A stretch of 64,000 nt of DNA, taken from positions 6,830 through 70,829 of the forward strand of contig CAYQDU010000001.1 in NCBI GenBank assembly GCA_964416275.1, written 5' to 3'. Below are positions 33,647 through 42,825 of this stretch, in pieces (position 1 is the stretch's first letter; every line of letters starts with the position of its first letter). The notes below the pieces were generated by a model. That model worked only from the letters and a program-made list of their open reading frames with translations. It searched no databases and was not told the DNA's origin. Origin of the DNA: an uncultured Anaerolinea sp. GTDB lineage: Bacteria > Chloroflexota > Anaerolineae > Anaerolineales > UBA4823. The position numbers were made by a program, and so were the translations under genes.

Positions 33647-34045
33647 TCAGGCGTCGATGGATAGATATTCTACCAGACCGCGCAGTTGGGCCAGCACTTT
33701 GGCCCGGTCGGCTTCGCTCAGGCGGCCGAACAGCATCAGCAGATCGAAGTCGCTCATCGACAGGCTGGGTTCGAGAGCCTGGCGGTAGGCCGGGGGCAGG
33801 AAATACAGCAGGGGGCGCTGCAAGATGCGGCCAAGCTGCACCAGTTCAAACACGCCCACTTCCCGGCTGCCGTTTTCAATGGCGGTCACCGCCCGGGTCG
33901 ATAGACCCAGTTCGGCGGCCAGATCGCCCTGGCTCAGGCCCAGTTCCTGGCGCGCCCGTTCGATCAGCTCGCCCATCTGCTGGGTAAAGTGGTTGGGAAG
34001 CTCGTGTTTCGCTACTGCTACATTAAACAAACTGTCGAGTCTCAT
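33647..34045 (-). CDS. XRE-family helix-turn-helix transcriptional regulator
   Basis: HTH LGLSQGDLAAELGLSTRAVTAIENGSREV. ATG 34045 (AGGA-containing SD upstream) is preferred over the track start 34102. Confidence 0.7.
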   Translation of the reverse strand: MRLDSLFNVAVAKHELPNHFTQQMGELIERARQELGLSQGDLAAELGLSTRAVTAIENGSREVGVFELVQLGRILQRPLLYFLPPAYRQALEPSLSMSDFDLLMLFGRLSEADRAKVLAQLRGLVEYLSIDA

Positions 34046-34194
34046 GACGCATTCCTTTGTAGGCCATTCATCTTCACTCCCCATTTTATCGAAAGGAAGC
34101 ATTTATTTGCCTTACAATCCTGTTGTTTAGCCTTTACCCGGCGTTAATGCCTGGCCTTATAGCCCGCTCACATAGAAGATTTCCCAAAAATTTA

Positions 34195-34350
34195 ATGGGA
34201 TGGTACCCCCTGGCAAGCAAAGCTCGCCTGGAAAGAGGATTAATCGTGGATTTTGTCGCACTTCGCGCGACAAAATCCACGGAATAACTCTTTTTGAAGG
34301 CTCTCGAAGAGCGCCATGCCTGTTCCACGGTTTAAGGGGGTGGTAGCCCC
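34195..34350. repeat. Intergenic mosaic of hairpin modules (dispersed repeat family)
   Basis: Hairpin CGTGGATTTTGTCGC-acttcgc-GCGACAAAATCCACG (34245-34281). It is flanked by GAAAGAGGATTAAT, GCTCT-cga-AGAGC and CCACGGTTTAAGGGGGTGGTAGCCCC modules shared with 27455-, 38755-, 44385- and 55618- copies. Confidence 0.7.
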
Positions 34351-34436
34351 ATGCCGGTTCTTGTGAATTCTCTCATTTGCGGCTTAATTGGACATGATAG
34401 AATGATGAAAGTTCATGTCGCAGCGCGTCACAAACC

Positions 34437-34487
34437 TTGACAGGCAACCGTGGATTTGGTATGCTCGAACTACCAAACGGTCGGTAG
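34437..34487 (+). promoter_or_regulatory. Sigma70-type promoter and candidate operator of the TetR/beta-oxidation operon
   Basis: TTGACA (34437-34442), 17 nt, TATGCT (34460-34465). Imperfect palindrome CTACCAAACGGTCGGTAG (34470-34487) sits just downstream. Confidence 0.5.
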
Positions 34488-34522
34488 GGAAGCGGCCCGG
34501 CTTGGAAGGGCGGGGAGGTGAC

Positions 34523-35116
34523 ATGACCCGTGACGAAATCTTGATCGCGGCAGCGCAGATTTTCAGCCAGAAGGGCTTTCACGCCACTTCCATGGCCGAT
34601 ATTGCCCAGGCGGTTCACCTCCAAAAGGGCAGCCTGTATCACCATATTTCCAGCAAACAGGAATTGCTGGTCGAGATGCTCGACCGGGCTTTGGACCTGC
34701 TCATCGAACAGATGCAGGCCGTGATGAGCCTGCCGCTGCCGCCCGAAGAGAAGCTGCGCCAGGCGATGGCCGCCTACCTGAACACGCTCATCGAGCATCG
34801 CGATCTGGCCTCGGTCTTGCTCTTAGAACATCGCTCGCTTGAACCGGAGTATCGTTCCCGCCATCTGCCGCGCCGCGATCGCTACGAGCGCCTGTGGCGC
34901 GATTTGATTCAGCAGGGCCTCGACCAGGGCGCTTTTTGCTGCGCCGACCCCGGCATGGCCGCCAGGGCTGTGCTGGGCGTAATGAACTGGACCATCACCT
35001 GGCTCAAGCCCGACGGCCCCCTCTCCACCGATCAGGTCGCCAGCCAGTTCAGCGACCTGCTCTTGAATGGCCTGCTGGCCCGCCGGCCAGCCGGCCCGGA
35101 GGCTGGCGGCGTATGA
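34523..35116 (+). CDS. TetR-family transcriptional regulator
   Basis: ATG 34523 after SD GGAGGTG. N-terminal HTH ILIAAAQIFSQKGFHATSMADIAQAVHLQKGSLYHHISSK. Confidence 0.85.
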   Translation: MTRDEILIAAAQIFSQKGFHATSMADIAQAVHLQKGSLYHHISSKQELLVEMLDRALDLLIEQMQAVMSLPLPPEEKLRQAMAAYLNTLIEHRDLASVLLLEHRSLEPEYRSRHLPRRDRYERLWRDLIQQGLDQGAFCCADPGMAARAVLGVMNWTITWLKPDGPLSTDQVASQFSDLLLNGLLARRPAGPEAGGV

Positions 35117-36186
35117 ATCCCACCCCTGTTTCTCTTGATATCCAGATTTTTGAAACCTGCCGCGGGGCGCAGATCTTTCAATTGCCCCTGCCGGTTTTCC
35201 CCGGCCTACAGGGCTACGCTTATCTGGTCCTGGCCGAAGGCCAGGGCGGCCCCTACCGGGCGTTGATCGACGTGGGGTCGGGGTTCGGCGAGTCTAATCA
35301 GCGCCTGGAAGCCGGGCTGCAGGCCGCCGGCGAGCGCCTGGGCCGCCCCTTTGGGCTGGCCGACCTGACCCATATCCTCATCACCCACAGCCACATCGAC
35401 CACTTCGGCGGCCTGGGTTATGTGCGCTCGCGCACCGCCGCCCGCCTGGGCGTGCATGAGCTGGACCTGCGCAACCTGACCAACTACGAGGAGCGCCTGT
35501 TCATGGCCTCCCGCCGCCTGGATACCTACCTGATCGAAGCCGGGGTTTCTGCTCACAGCCGGGCCGGGCTGATCGAGATGTATCACATCACCAAGAGCCT
35601 GCACCGCTCGGTGCGGGTCGATTTCACTTACGAAGCTATCGGGATGCACCTGGGCCCGTTCGAGTTCTTTCATGTTCCGGGCCACAGCGCCGGGCACGTG
35701 GTTATCCGCCTGGACGATGTGCTGTTCAGCGGCGATCACGTGCTGCAAGACACCAGCCCGCACCAATCGCCCGAACACCTGACCCTCTCCACCGGGCTGG
35801 AGCATTATCTGCATTCTTTGGCCGCCCTCCATGCCTGGGCGGGCGCTATTCGCCTGACCCTGGGCGGGCATAAGGCCCCCATTACCGACCTGCCGGGCCG
35901 CATCGAGGCCATCCGCAGCCTGCACCAGGCGCGGCTGGAGAAAACCCTGGCCCTGCTGGCCGAGCCGCATACGATTGCCGAAGTCTCGCACGCCCTGTTC
36001 GGCGAGGTGCAGGGCTATAACGTGCTGCTGGCCCTGGAAGAAGCCGGGGCGCACGTGGAATATCTGTACCAGCGCGGCCTGCTGGGCGTCGAAAACCTGG
36101 CCGAGCTGGAAGCGGCCGCCGGTTCGCAGGCCGGGCCGCTGCCCATCCGTTATCGCTGTCTCCCCTGCCGCCCCGAGGATCAGTGA
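35113..36186 (+). CDS. MBL-fold metallo-hydrolase
   Basis: ATG 35113 overlaps the TetR stop (ATGA). HxHxDH motif ILITHSHIDHFGG. Later HVPGHSAGH. Confidence 0.8.
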   Translation: MNPTPVSLDIQIFETCRGAQIFQLPLPVFPGLQGYAYLVLAEGQGGPYRALIDVGSGFGESNQRLEAGLQAAGERLGRPFGLADLTHILITHSHIDHFGGLGYVRSRTAARLGVHELDLRNLTNYEERLFMASRRLDTYLIEAGVSAHSRAGLIEMYHITKSLHRSVRVDFTYEAIGMHLGPFEFFHVPGHSAGHVVIRLDDVLFSGDHVLQDTSPHQSPEHLTLSTGLEHYLHSLAALHAWAGAIRLTLGGHKAPITDLPGRIEAIRSLHQARLEKTLALLAEPHTIAEVSHALFGEVQGYNVLLALEEAGAHVEYLYQRGLLGVENLAELEAAAGSQAGPLPIRYRCLPCRPEDQ

Positions 36187-36258
36187 AATCAGCCGCTTCT
36201 GTGAAAGCAGTGATGTAAAATCAGCGCTCTCAGTATATCTGTGATTCAGGAGGAACCG

Positions 36259-37353
36259 ATGTACGCTTTTGCTCCAACCGAAGAGCAACAAATGCTGATC
36301 GACGCCATCCAACGCTACGCCGTCAACGATCTGCGCCCTAAAATGCGCGACGCCGAAGAAGAAGGCGCTCTGCCCGATAAGCTCATCCGCAAGGGCTGGG
36401 AGCTGGGCTTCTTGCAGGCTTCCATCCCCGAAACCTACGGCGGCTTCGGCGACCGCTCGGCGGTGACGGGCGTGCTGGCGGCCGAAGAGCTGGCCTACGG
36501 CGACCTGGCCGGCGCACTGGCCGTGATGGCGCCGGGACTGTTTGCTGCGCCCATCTTGCTGGCCGGCAGCGAGGCGCAAAAGCAAACCTATCTGCCCGCC
36601 ATCGTGGAAGCCGATTGGACCCCCTACACCGCCGCTTTTCTCGAACCGGCCTTCGATTTCGACCCCAACGAACTGCGCGCCACAGCCATCCAGGATGGCG
36701 ATGCCTGGGTGCTGAACGGCGAAAAGACCTATGTCCCCTATGCCGACCGGGCCGAGGCCATGATCGTCTACGCCAGGCTGGGCGACCAGACCCAGGGCTT
36801 CATCATGCCCAAGGGCGCGCCCGGTCTGGAAGTGGGCGAGCGCCAGAAGACCCTGGGCATCCACGCCCTGCCGGTCTACAAGGTGAGCTTCAAAGACGTG
36901 CGCCTTCCGCTGGAGAATCGCCTGGGCGGGCCAGGCGGCCACGATTTCGCTCCCCTGCTCTCCTCCATGCGCCTGGGCTGGGCGGCCCTGGCGGTGGGCA
37001 TGTCGCGCGCCGCCCTGGATTACGCCATCGACTACGCCAAGAACCGGGACGTGTTCGGCGTGAAGGTGGCCCAGAAGCAGGCTATCGCCTTTATGCTGGC
37101 CGAAATGGCGACCGAGATCGAAGCCATGCGCCTGCTGCTGTGGGAAGCGGCCTGGATGCTGGATGTCGGCAAGCCCGAAGCTCACGAGCAGGCATACCTG
37201 GCCGCGGTCGGCGCAGCCGATATGGCGATGATGGTCACCGACCGGGCGGTGCAGACCCTGGGCGGCCACGGCTACATCCGCGAGTACCCGGTGGAGCTGT
37301 GGATGCGCAACGGGCGCGGTTTTGCCATGCTGAACGGGCTGGCGATTGTATAA
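36259..37353 (+). CDS. Acyl-CoA dehydrogenase
   Basis: ATG 36259 after SD AGGAGG. ACAD-like N-terminus (FAPTEEQQMLIDAIQRYA), middle beta domain (WVLNGEKTYVPYA) and C-terminal helical domain (YPVELWMRNGR). Confidence 0.85.
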   Translation: MYAFAPTEEQQMLIDAIQRYAVNDLRPKMRDAEEEGALPDKLIRKGWELGFLQASIPETYGGFGDRSAVTGVLAAEELAYGDLAGALAVMAPGLFAAPILLAGSEAQKQTYLPAIVEADWTPYTAAFLEPAFDFDPNELRATAIQDGDAWVLNGEKTYVPYADRAEAMIVYARLGDQTQGFIMPKGAPGLEVGERQKTLGIHALPVYKVSFKDVRLPLENRLGGPGGHDFAPLLSSMRLGWAALAVGMSRAALDYAIDYAKNRDVFGVKVAQKQAIAFMLAEMATEIEAMRLLLWEAAWMLDVGKPEAHEQAYLAAVGAADMAMMVTDRAVQTLGGHGYIREYPVELWMRNGRGFAMLNGLAIV

Positions 37354-37384
37354 CAGGTAGCGTAGCGCAGGCAAGGAGGAAACG

Positions 37385-38629
37385 ATGATTGAGTTCGAGG
37401 CTCCCAAGCCCATCCAGATGCTTACCACCGCCCTGGAAACCGTGGCGGTAAATATGATGCGCCCGGTCTCGCGGAAGTTCGACGAGAACGAGCACGACAT
37501 CCCCTGGGACTATATCAACTTCATGCACATGGCAATGCGCCAGACCGGGGCCGGGTCGCTGGCCCCGGCCGAAAAGAAGAAAGACGAGGGCGGCGAAAAA
37601 CGCCCACCCATTGGCTACCAACAGCTTGCCACCACGTTGGAAATTCTGTCCTGGGGCGACTGCGGCATGTACCTGGTCACCCCGGGCGGCGGGCTGGGGG
37701 CGGCCGCCGTGCAGGCCGCCGGCACGCCCGAACAGCGCGAGAAGTTCCTGGCCCGCTTCAAAGGCGAAAAGCCCGTCTTTGGCGCAATGGCGATGACCGA
37801 ACCGCAGGCCGGGTCTGACACCTCGGCCATCCGCACCTCGGCCGTGCTGGATAAGGACGCCAACGAGTGGGTGCTGAACGGCGAGAAGATTTTTGTTACC
37901 GCCGGGCAGAAATCGCTGTGCGACAGCGAGGGCTTTGTAGTGGTGTGGGCCACCATCGACCCCAGCGCCGGGCGGGCCGGAATGCGCGCCTTTGTCGTCC
38001 CGGCCGGCACACCGGGGGTCAAAGTGACCAAGCTGGAGCATAAGATGGGCATTCGGGTAAGCGACACGGCCGCCATCGTGCTGCAAGACGCCCGCGTGCC
38101 GTTCGAGAATATGCTCGGCAGTCTCGAGATCGTGCGCGAGGGCAGCAAGGGCTTCAAAGGCGCCATGGCGACCTTCGACGCCACCCGCCCGCTGGTGGCC
38201 GCCACCGCGGTGGGCGTGGCCCGGGCCGCCCTGGAGGAGCTGAAAGCCATGCTGGCAAAAGAAGGCGTAGAGATTCGCTACGACCGGCCGCGCCAGAAGA
38301 TGACCGCCATCGAGCGCGAAGTGATCGACATGGAGATTATGCTCCGCTCGGCCTGGCTGCTGGTGCTGAAGGCGGTCTGGATGGCCGATAACCACCTGCC
38401 CAACTCGAAAGAGGCCTCCATGTCGAAGGTGCGCGCCGGCGACATCGTCAACAAGATCACCCAGCGGGCGGTCGAGATCATGGGGCCGTTGGGCTACAGC
38501 CGGGAATTCCTGTTGGAAAAATGGTTCCGCGACGCCAAGATCAGCGATATTTATGAAGGCACCGGCCAGATCAACCGCCTGATTGTGGCCCGCCATATCC
38601 TGGGTTACAGCGGCAAAGAGCTGCGTTAA
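37385..38629 (+). CDS. Acyl-CoA dehydrogenase (second paralog)
   Basis: SD AAGGAGG before the ATG. AMAMTEPQAGSDTSAIRT, WVLNGEKIFVTAG, IYEGTGQINRLIVARHIL. Confidence 0.85.
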   Translation: MIEFEAPKPIQMLTTALETVAVNMMRPVSRKFDENEHDIPWDYINFMHMAMRQTGAGSLAPAEKKKDEGGEKRPPIGYQQLATTLEILSWGDCGMYLVTPGGGLGAAAVQAAGTPEQREKFLARFKGEKPVFGAMAMTEPQAGSDTSAIRTSAVLDKDANEWVLNGEKIFVTAGQKSLCDSEGFVVVWATIDPSAGRAGMRAFVVPAGTPGVKVTKLEHKMGIRVSDTAAIVLQDARVPFENMLGSLEIVREGSKGFKGAMATFDATRPLVAATAVGVARAALEELKAMLAKEGVEIRYDRPRQKMTAIEREVIDMEIMLRSAWLLVLKAVWMADNHLPNSKEASMSKVRAGDIVNKITQRAVEIMGPLGYSREFLLEKWFRDAKISDIYEGTGQINRLIVARHILGYSGKELR

Positions 38630-38754
38630 ACAAAATGGCGCGGGATGGACAGGAAAGCCCCCTGCCCGCCCCGCGCCATCCTTGCGCCGTACCTTAACAA
38701 TGCCACGCAGGCTAGATAAATGGCATTTTTACCGGGCAGTGCGCCGCGGGCGCC

Positions 38755-38900
38755 GCCTCATTAAACCCTGGAGCGGGCATGGCGCTCTTCGAGCGCCTTC
38801 AAAAAGAGTTGTTACGTGGATTTTGTCGCACGAAGTGCGACAAAATCCACGCTGAACCCTCTTTCGGCGAAGCTTGCCAGTCGCCTCACCACGGTTTGAT
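38755..38900. repeat. Intergenic mosaic of hairpin modules (dispersed repeat family)
   Basis: GGCGCTC-ttc-GAGCGCC (38781-38797). Hairpin CGTGGATTTTGTCGCAC-gaa-GTGCGACAAAATCCACG (38815-38851). CCTCTTTCGGCGAAGCTTGCC (38858-38878). CACCACGGTTTGAT. Confidence 0.7.
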
Positions 38901-39124
38901 AGAGCGCTGCTGCGCCGCGCAGAAAGGGCGAGCCATCCCCCCCATTCTTGTCTCCACAGCCCACTTGGCAAAGCCGATGCGCGGGCAAAATAGGCGGGCA
39001 AAATATTTTGTATCTTGACCTGTGCTGAAAGCGTCGGTAAACTATAGTGTAGTACGTGTGGGTTAGAAAACGATCTCGCTCGCAAGCGGGTGGTCGAAAG
39101 TTCAAAAGCAAAGGAGAAGAAGTT

Positions 39125-40141
39125 ATGCGCGCTCACCCCGGTACGTCTCGCCCGGTTTCACCGGCCGGCTTCCTGACACTGGTTCTGCTGGCTGCCCTGT
39201 TGTTGAGCGGCTGCTCGGTATTCAATCGACAGGCCCCCGCCCCGGCTGGCTCGGAGGCTGCCCCGGCGGTTTCCGAAGCCGCCCCCCAGGCGGCCGCCAG
39301 CGAAGACGCCCCGGCCCTGTATACCCAGGCCGCCGAGACGATCATGGCCGAGCTGGCCCAAAAGGCCCCGGCCACCACCCAGCCGCCAGCCGCCCCCCAG
39401 CCCTCCAATACGCCTACCGAGGAGCCGCTGCCCCCCACCAGCACCCCCCGGCCCACCAATACCCCCCTGCCCTCGGACACGCCGCTGCCCTCGAATACGC
39501 CGCTGCCCTCGAATACGCCGCTGCCCACCAACACCACCACGCCCGAGACGCCCCCCACCGCCACCCTGCCGCCTGAACCGAACTGGAACCTGGTGCAGAC
39601 CGACGATTTTACCAACACCTACTGGCCGCACGATAACCTGGAATCGGTGCGCTTCCGCTACACGATGGGCGGGTATACCATCCTCAACCGGGCCGAAAAG
39701 ACCATCGTCTGGTCGGCCCGCGACGATCAGTATGCTGGCGTGCGGGTCGAAGTGAAGGCCCAGAAGATCGCCGGGCCGCTGGATGGCTACTACGGCGTCG
39801 TATGCGGCTTCAGCAACGGCGGCAATTACTACTTCCTGGGCGTGGGCGCTAACGGCTGGTATGGCATCGGCCTGCAGCTCAGCAATAAGCTCACCTGGCT
39901 GATCGAAGGCATGGACATCACCGGCATCGTCCGCACCGGCAACGCTCCCAACGTGATCCGGGCCGACTGCCAGAACCAGAGCCTGACCCTATGGGTCAAC
40001 GGCACTATGCTGGCAACGGTGCGCGACACCACCTTCTCGGCCGGCAGCGTAGGCATGGCCGTTGGAAATCAGGCCGCTACCGGCACCGAAGCTCTGTTCG
40101 ACGATTTTTCGATCTACACCACCGAGCCGGCCAACCCGTAA
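39125..40141 (+). CDS. Lipoprotein with Pro/Thr-rich linker and C-terminal ConA/LamG-like (DUF1080-style) domain
   Basis: ATG 39125 after SD AAGGAG. Lipobox LLLSGC. PT-rich repeats. The C-terminal approx 180 aa are beta-rich (WSARDDQYAGVRVEVKAQ...YYGVVCGFSNGGNYYFLGV...ALFDDFSIY). The fold call is tentative. Confidence 0.6.
   Translation: MRAHPGTSRPVSPAGFLTLVLLAALLLSGCSVFNRQAPAPAGSEAAPAVSEAAPQAAASEDAPALYTQAAETIMAELAQKAPATTQPPAAPQPSNTPTEEPLPPTSTPRPTNTPLPSDTPLPSNTPLPSNTPLPTNTTTPETPPTATLPPEPNWNLVQTDDFTNTYWPHDNLESVRFRYTMGGYTILNRAEKTIVWSARDDQYAGVRVEVKAQKIAGPLDGYYGVVCGFSNGGNYYFLGVGANGWYGIGLQLSNKLTWLIEGMDITGIVRTGNAPNVIRADCQNQSLTLWVNGTMLATVRDTTFSAGSVGMAVGNQAATGTEALFDDFSIYTTEPANP
39461..39532 (+). repeat. 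18-bp coding tandem repeat (TPLPSN units)
   Basis: ACGCCGCTGCCCTCGAAT occurs twice exactly (39479-39514), flanked by diverged units. It encodes NTPLPSDTPLPSNTPLPSNTPLPTN. Confidence 0.7.
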
Positions 40142-40169
40142 TTCCGGCGCAGGTATAAAAATGGACAGG

Positions 40170-40215
40170 CATCCGGGTATGGATAGGCGGCGGGTCGCCC
40201 ATCCATACCCGGATG
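40170..40215 (+). terminator. Terminator-like hairpin after the lipoprotein gene
   Basis: CATCCGGGTATGGAT-16 nt-ATCCATACCCGGATG (15-bp stem), followed by GTTGTTGATCGTTT. Confidence 0.4.
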
Positions 40216-40333
40216 GTTGTTGATCGTTTCCCCCTTTGCGTGGCAAAATTTCATGATATCTCACAGCCCGGCCGGGCTGCGGCAAACGCCGCACCCCGCC
40301 AGGCCCTGGTTTGGATTCGTTCGAGGAGGTCCT

Positions 40334-42760
40334 ATGAAATACAACATCCACAAAGCGGTGGTGATTGGCGCCGGGACGATGGGCGGCGGAATTGCCGCTC
40401 TGCTGGCGAACGCTGGCGTGCCGGTCACCCTGCTGGATATTACTCCCAACCAGCTCACCCCCGAGGAGCAGCAGCAGGGTAAGACCCTGGCCGACCCGGC
40501 GGTGCGCAACCGGATCGTGCGCGATCTGTTCGAGCGCGCGGTGAAGGCCCGCCCGGCCAATTTCCTCTCGGCCGACTTTGCGGCGCGGGTGACGACCGGC
40601 AATCTGGAGGACGATTTCCAGGCCGCAGTGGCCGAGGCCGATTGGGTGATCGAGGTGATCGTCGAAAATCTGGCCGTCAAACGCCAGCTGATGGAGCGCA
40701 TCGACGCGGCGCGCAAGCCCACCACCATCGTCAGCACCAACACGTCTGGCATCCCGGTCGCCCAGATTGCCGAAGGTCGCTCGGAGAGCTTCCGCCAGCA
40801 CTTCTTAGGCGCACATTTCTTCAACCCGCCGCGCTACCTGAAGCTGTTGGAGATCATCCCCACCTCCGACACGCTGCCCCAGGTGGTCGAGACGCTCAGC
40901 CGCTTCAGTGAGTTTCGCCTGGGCAAGGGCGTAGTGCTGTGCAAAGATACGCCCAATTTCATTGCCAACCGCCTGGCGTTTGGCAGCGCCGCCTTTGGGC
41001 TGGATTATATTCTGGAGAACGGCTACACCGTCGAAGAGGTGGACGCCATCACCGGCCCGGCCATGGGCAACCCCAAGACCGCCACCTTCCGCCTGATCGA
41101 CCTGGTGGGCATCGATGTGTGGGAGCATGTGGGCAGGAACCTGGCCCCAGCCATTCCACACGATGAGCATGCCCTGCGCTACCTGAACAGCCAGCGAGTC
41201 AACGCCCTGATTGGCGGGCTGGTGAGCCGGGGGGCGCTGGGCAACAAGTCGAAGCAGGGGTTTTACAAAGAAGTGCGCACCGCCGAAGGCGGCAAGGAAT
41301 TTTGGGCTTTGAACCTCCAGACGTTGGAATACGAGCCGTCTCAAAAGGTGCGCTTTGACTCGCTGGGCAAGACCCGCGATAAAGCCAATTTGGGCGACCG
41401 GCTGAAGATCATCCTGGCGGCCGATGACCGGGCCGGGCAGCTGGCGCGGGCCCTGACCTATCAGAGCCTGGCCTACGCTTCCGAGCGCATCCCAGAGATT
41501 GCCGATACGCCCAAGCCCATGGACGACGCCATGCGCTGGGGCTTTGGCCGTGAGGCCGGCCCGTTCGAGATATGGGATATGATCGGCGTGGCCGAGGCCG
41601 CCGCCGCCATGCGCCAGGCCGGTTTTGCGCCGGCTCCCTGGGTGGACGAGATGTTGGCCGCCGGCTGCCAGACCTTCTATCAGTATCAGGGCCGCGTCAA
41701 GACCGGGGTGTATAACCCGGCCCTGTGCGCCTATGAAGCCATTGAGCGCCCGGCCGGGCTGGCGCCGCTGCCAGAACTCAAGGCGGCTGGCAAGGGGATC
41801 AAGAAGAATATGGGCGCCGACCTGATCGACCTGGGCGACGGCGTGGCCGCCCTCGAATTCCACACCAAGATGAACACCCTCGACCAGGACATCTTCACCC
41901 TGCTCGGCGATGGGCTGGACCTGGTCGAAAAGGACTTCGACGCCCTGGTGATCGGCAACGAGGCCGAGAATTTCAGCGCCGGGGCCAACCTGTTCCTGGT
42001 GGTGATGAATGCCCAGAACGGCCAGTGGGACGCCCTGGATCAGTTGATCGCCGGGATGCAGTCGGCCCTGATGCGGGTGCGCTATTTCCCCAAGCCGGTG
42101 GTGATCGCCCCGGCCGGGTTGGCCCTGGGCGGCGGCGCCGAGATCATCATGAGTGGGTCGCGGGTGGTAGCGCACGGCGAACTGTACGCCGGGCTGGTGG
42201 AGTTGGGGGCGGGGGTTATTCCGGCCGGCAGCGGCACAAAAGAGATGCTGCGTCGCATCCTCAACCCGCCCATGCGCACCCAAAACGCCGACCCGCTGCC
42301 TTTCCTCCAGCGCATCTTCGAGCAGATCGGCCTTGCAAAGGTGGGAACCAGCGCCGAAGAGGCCCGCCAGATGGGCTTCCTCAGCCCGTGCGACCGGGTG
42401 ACCCTGAACCGCGACCGGCTGTTGAGCGAAGCCAAGCGGGAGGCGCTGCACCTGGCGGCTTCGGGCTATCAACCGCCCCGGCCGGAGAAGATCTACGCCG
42501 CCGGACAGAGCGCTCGCGCCGCCTTGCAGGTAGGCATCTACATGATGAAGGAAGGCGGCTACATCACCGAGTACGAGGCGATCATCGCCGGCAAGCTGGC
42601 GAACGTGCTGACCGGCGGCGACCTGAGCGCCCCCGCCTGGGTGGACGAGCAGTATATCCTCGATTTGGAGCGCGAAGCCTTCCTCTCGCTGTGCGGCAAT
42701 GAAAAGACCCAACAGCGCATGTGGAACATCCTCCAGACCGGCAAGCCCTTACGCAACTAA
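40334..42760 (+). CDS. Bifunctional 3-hydroxyacyl-CoA dehydrogenase / enoyl-CoA hydratase (dehydrogenase N-terminal)
   Basis: ATG 40334 after SD GAGGAGG. NAD fold VVIGAGTMGGGIAALLA. HADH C-domain. Crotonase fold (FSAGANLFLV, PVVIAPAGLALGGGAEI). Confidence 0.85.
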   Translation: MKYNIHKAVVIGAGTMGGGIAALLANAGVPVTLLDITPNQLTPEEQQQGKTLADPAVRNRIVRDLFERAVKARPANFLSADFAARVTTGNLEDDFQAAVAEADWVIEVIVENLAVKRQLMERIDAARKPTTIVSTNTSGIPVAQIAEGRSESFRQHFLGAHFFNPPRYLKLLEIIPTSDTLPQVVETLSRFSEFRLGKGVVLCKDTPNFIANRLAFGSAAFGLDYILENGYTVEEVDAITGPAMGNPKTATFRLIDLVGIDVWEHVGRNLAPAIPHDEHALRYLNSQRVNALIGGLVSRGALGNKSKQGFYKEVRTAEGGKEFWALNLQTLEYEPSQKVRFDSLGKTRDKANLGDRLKIILAADDRAGQLARALTYQSLAYASERIPEIADTPKPMDDAMRWGFGREAGPFEIWDMIGVAEAAAAMRQAGFAPAPWVDEMLAAGCQTFYQYQGRVKTGVYNPALCAYEAIERPAGLAPLPELKAAGKGIKKNMGADLIDLGDGVAALEFHTKMNTLDQDIFTLLGDGLDLVEKDFDALVIGNEAENFSAGANLFLVVMNAQNGQWDALDQLIAGMQSALMRVRYFPKPVVIAPAGLALGGGAEIIMSGSRVVAHGELYAGLVELGAGVIPAGSGTKEMLRRILNPPMRTQNADPLPFLQRIFEQIGLAKVGTSAEEARQMGFLSPCDRVTLNRDRLLSEAKREALHLAASGYQPPRPEKIYAAGQSARAALQVGIYMMKEGGYITEYEAIIAGKLANVLTGGDLSAPAWVDEQYILDLEREAFLSLCGNEKTQQRMWNILQTGKPLRN

Positions 42761-42825
42761 TCATCCATCGGGTTGCGGGCGGCTGCACCGCCCCCAGCCC
42801 GTTCGATGAATGACACAGGAGGACG

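Noticed and set aside
35206-37500. 764-aa minus-strand ORF antisense to the MBL hydrolase and acyl-CoA dehydrogenase genes
   Set aside because: Shadow ORF. The plus-strand frames have clear HxHxDH and ACAD motifs and SD-led starts.
40805-42712. 635-aa minus-strand ORF antisense to the HADH/ECH gene. Similar cases: 48311-50275 (+) opposite recQ, 6355-8124 (+) opposite the GAF kinase, 25490-27196 (+) opposite E1, 23025-24491 (+), 45861-47105 (+), 37235-38596 (-), 60588-62039 (+).
   Set aside because: All are low-complexity G/A/R/P/Q/V-rich translations without motifs, lying opposite genes with strong family signatures.
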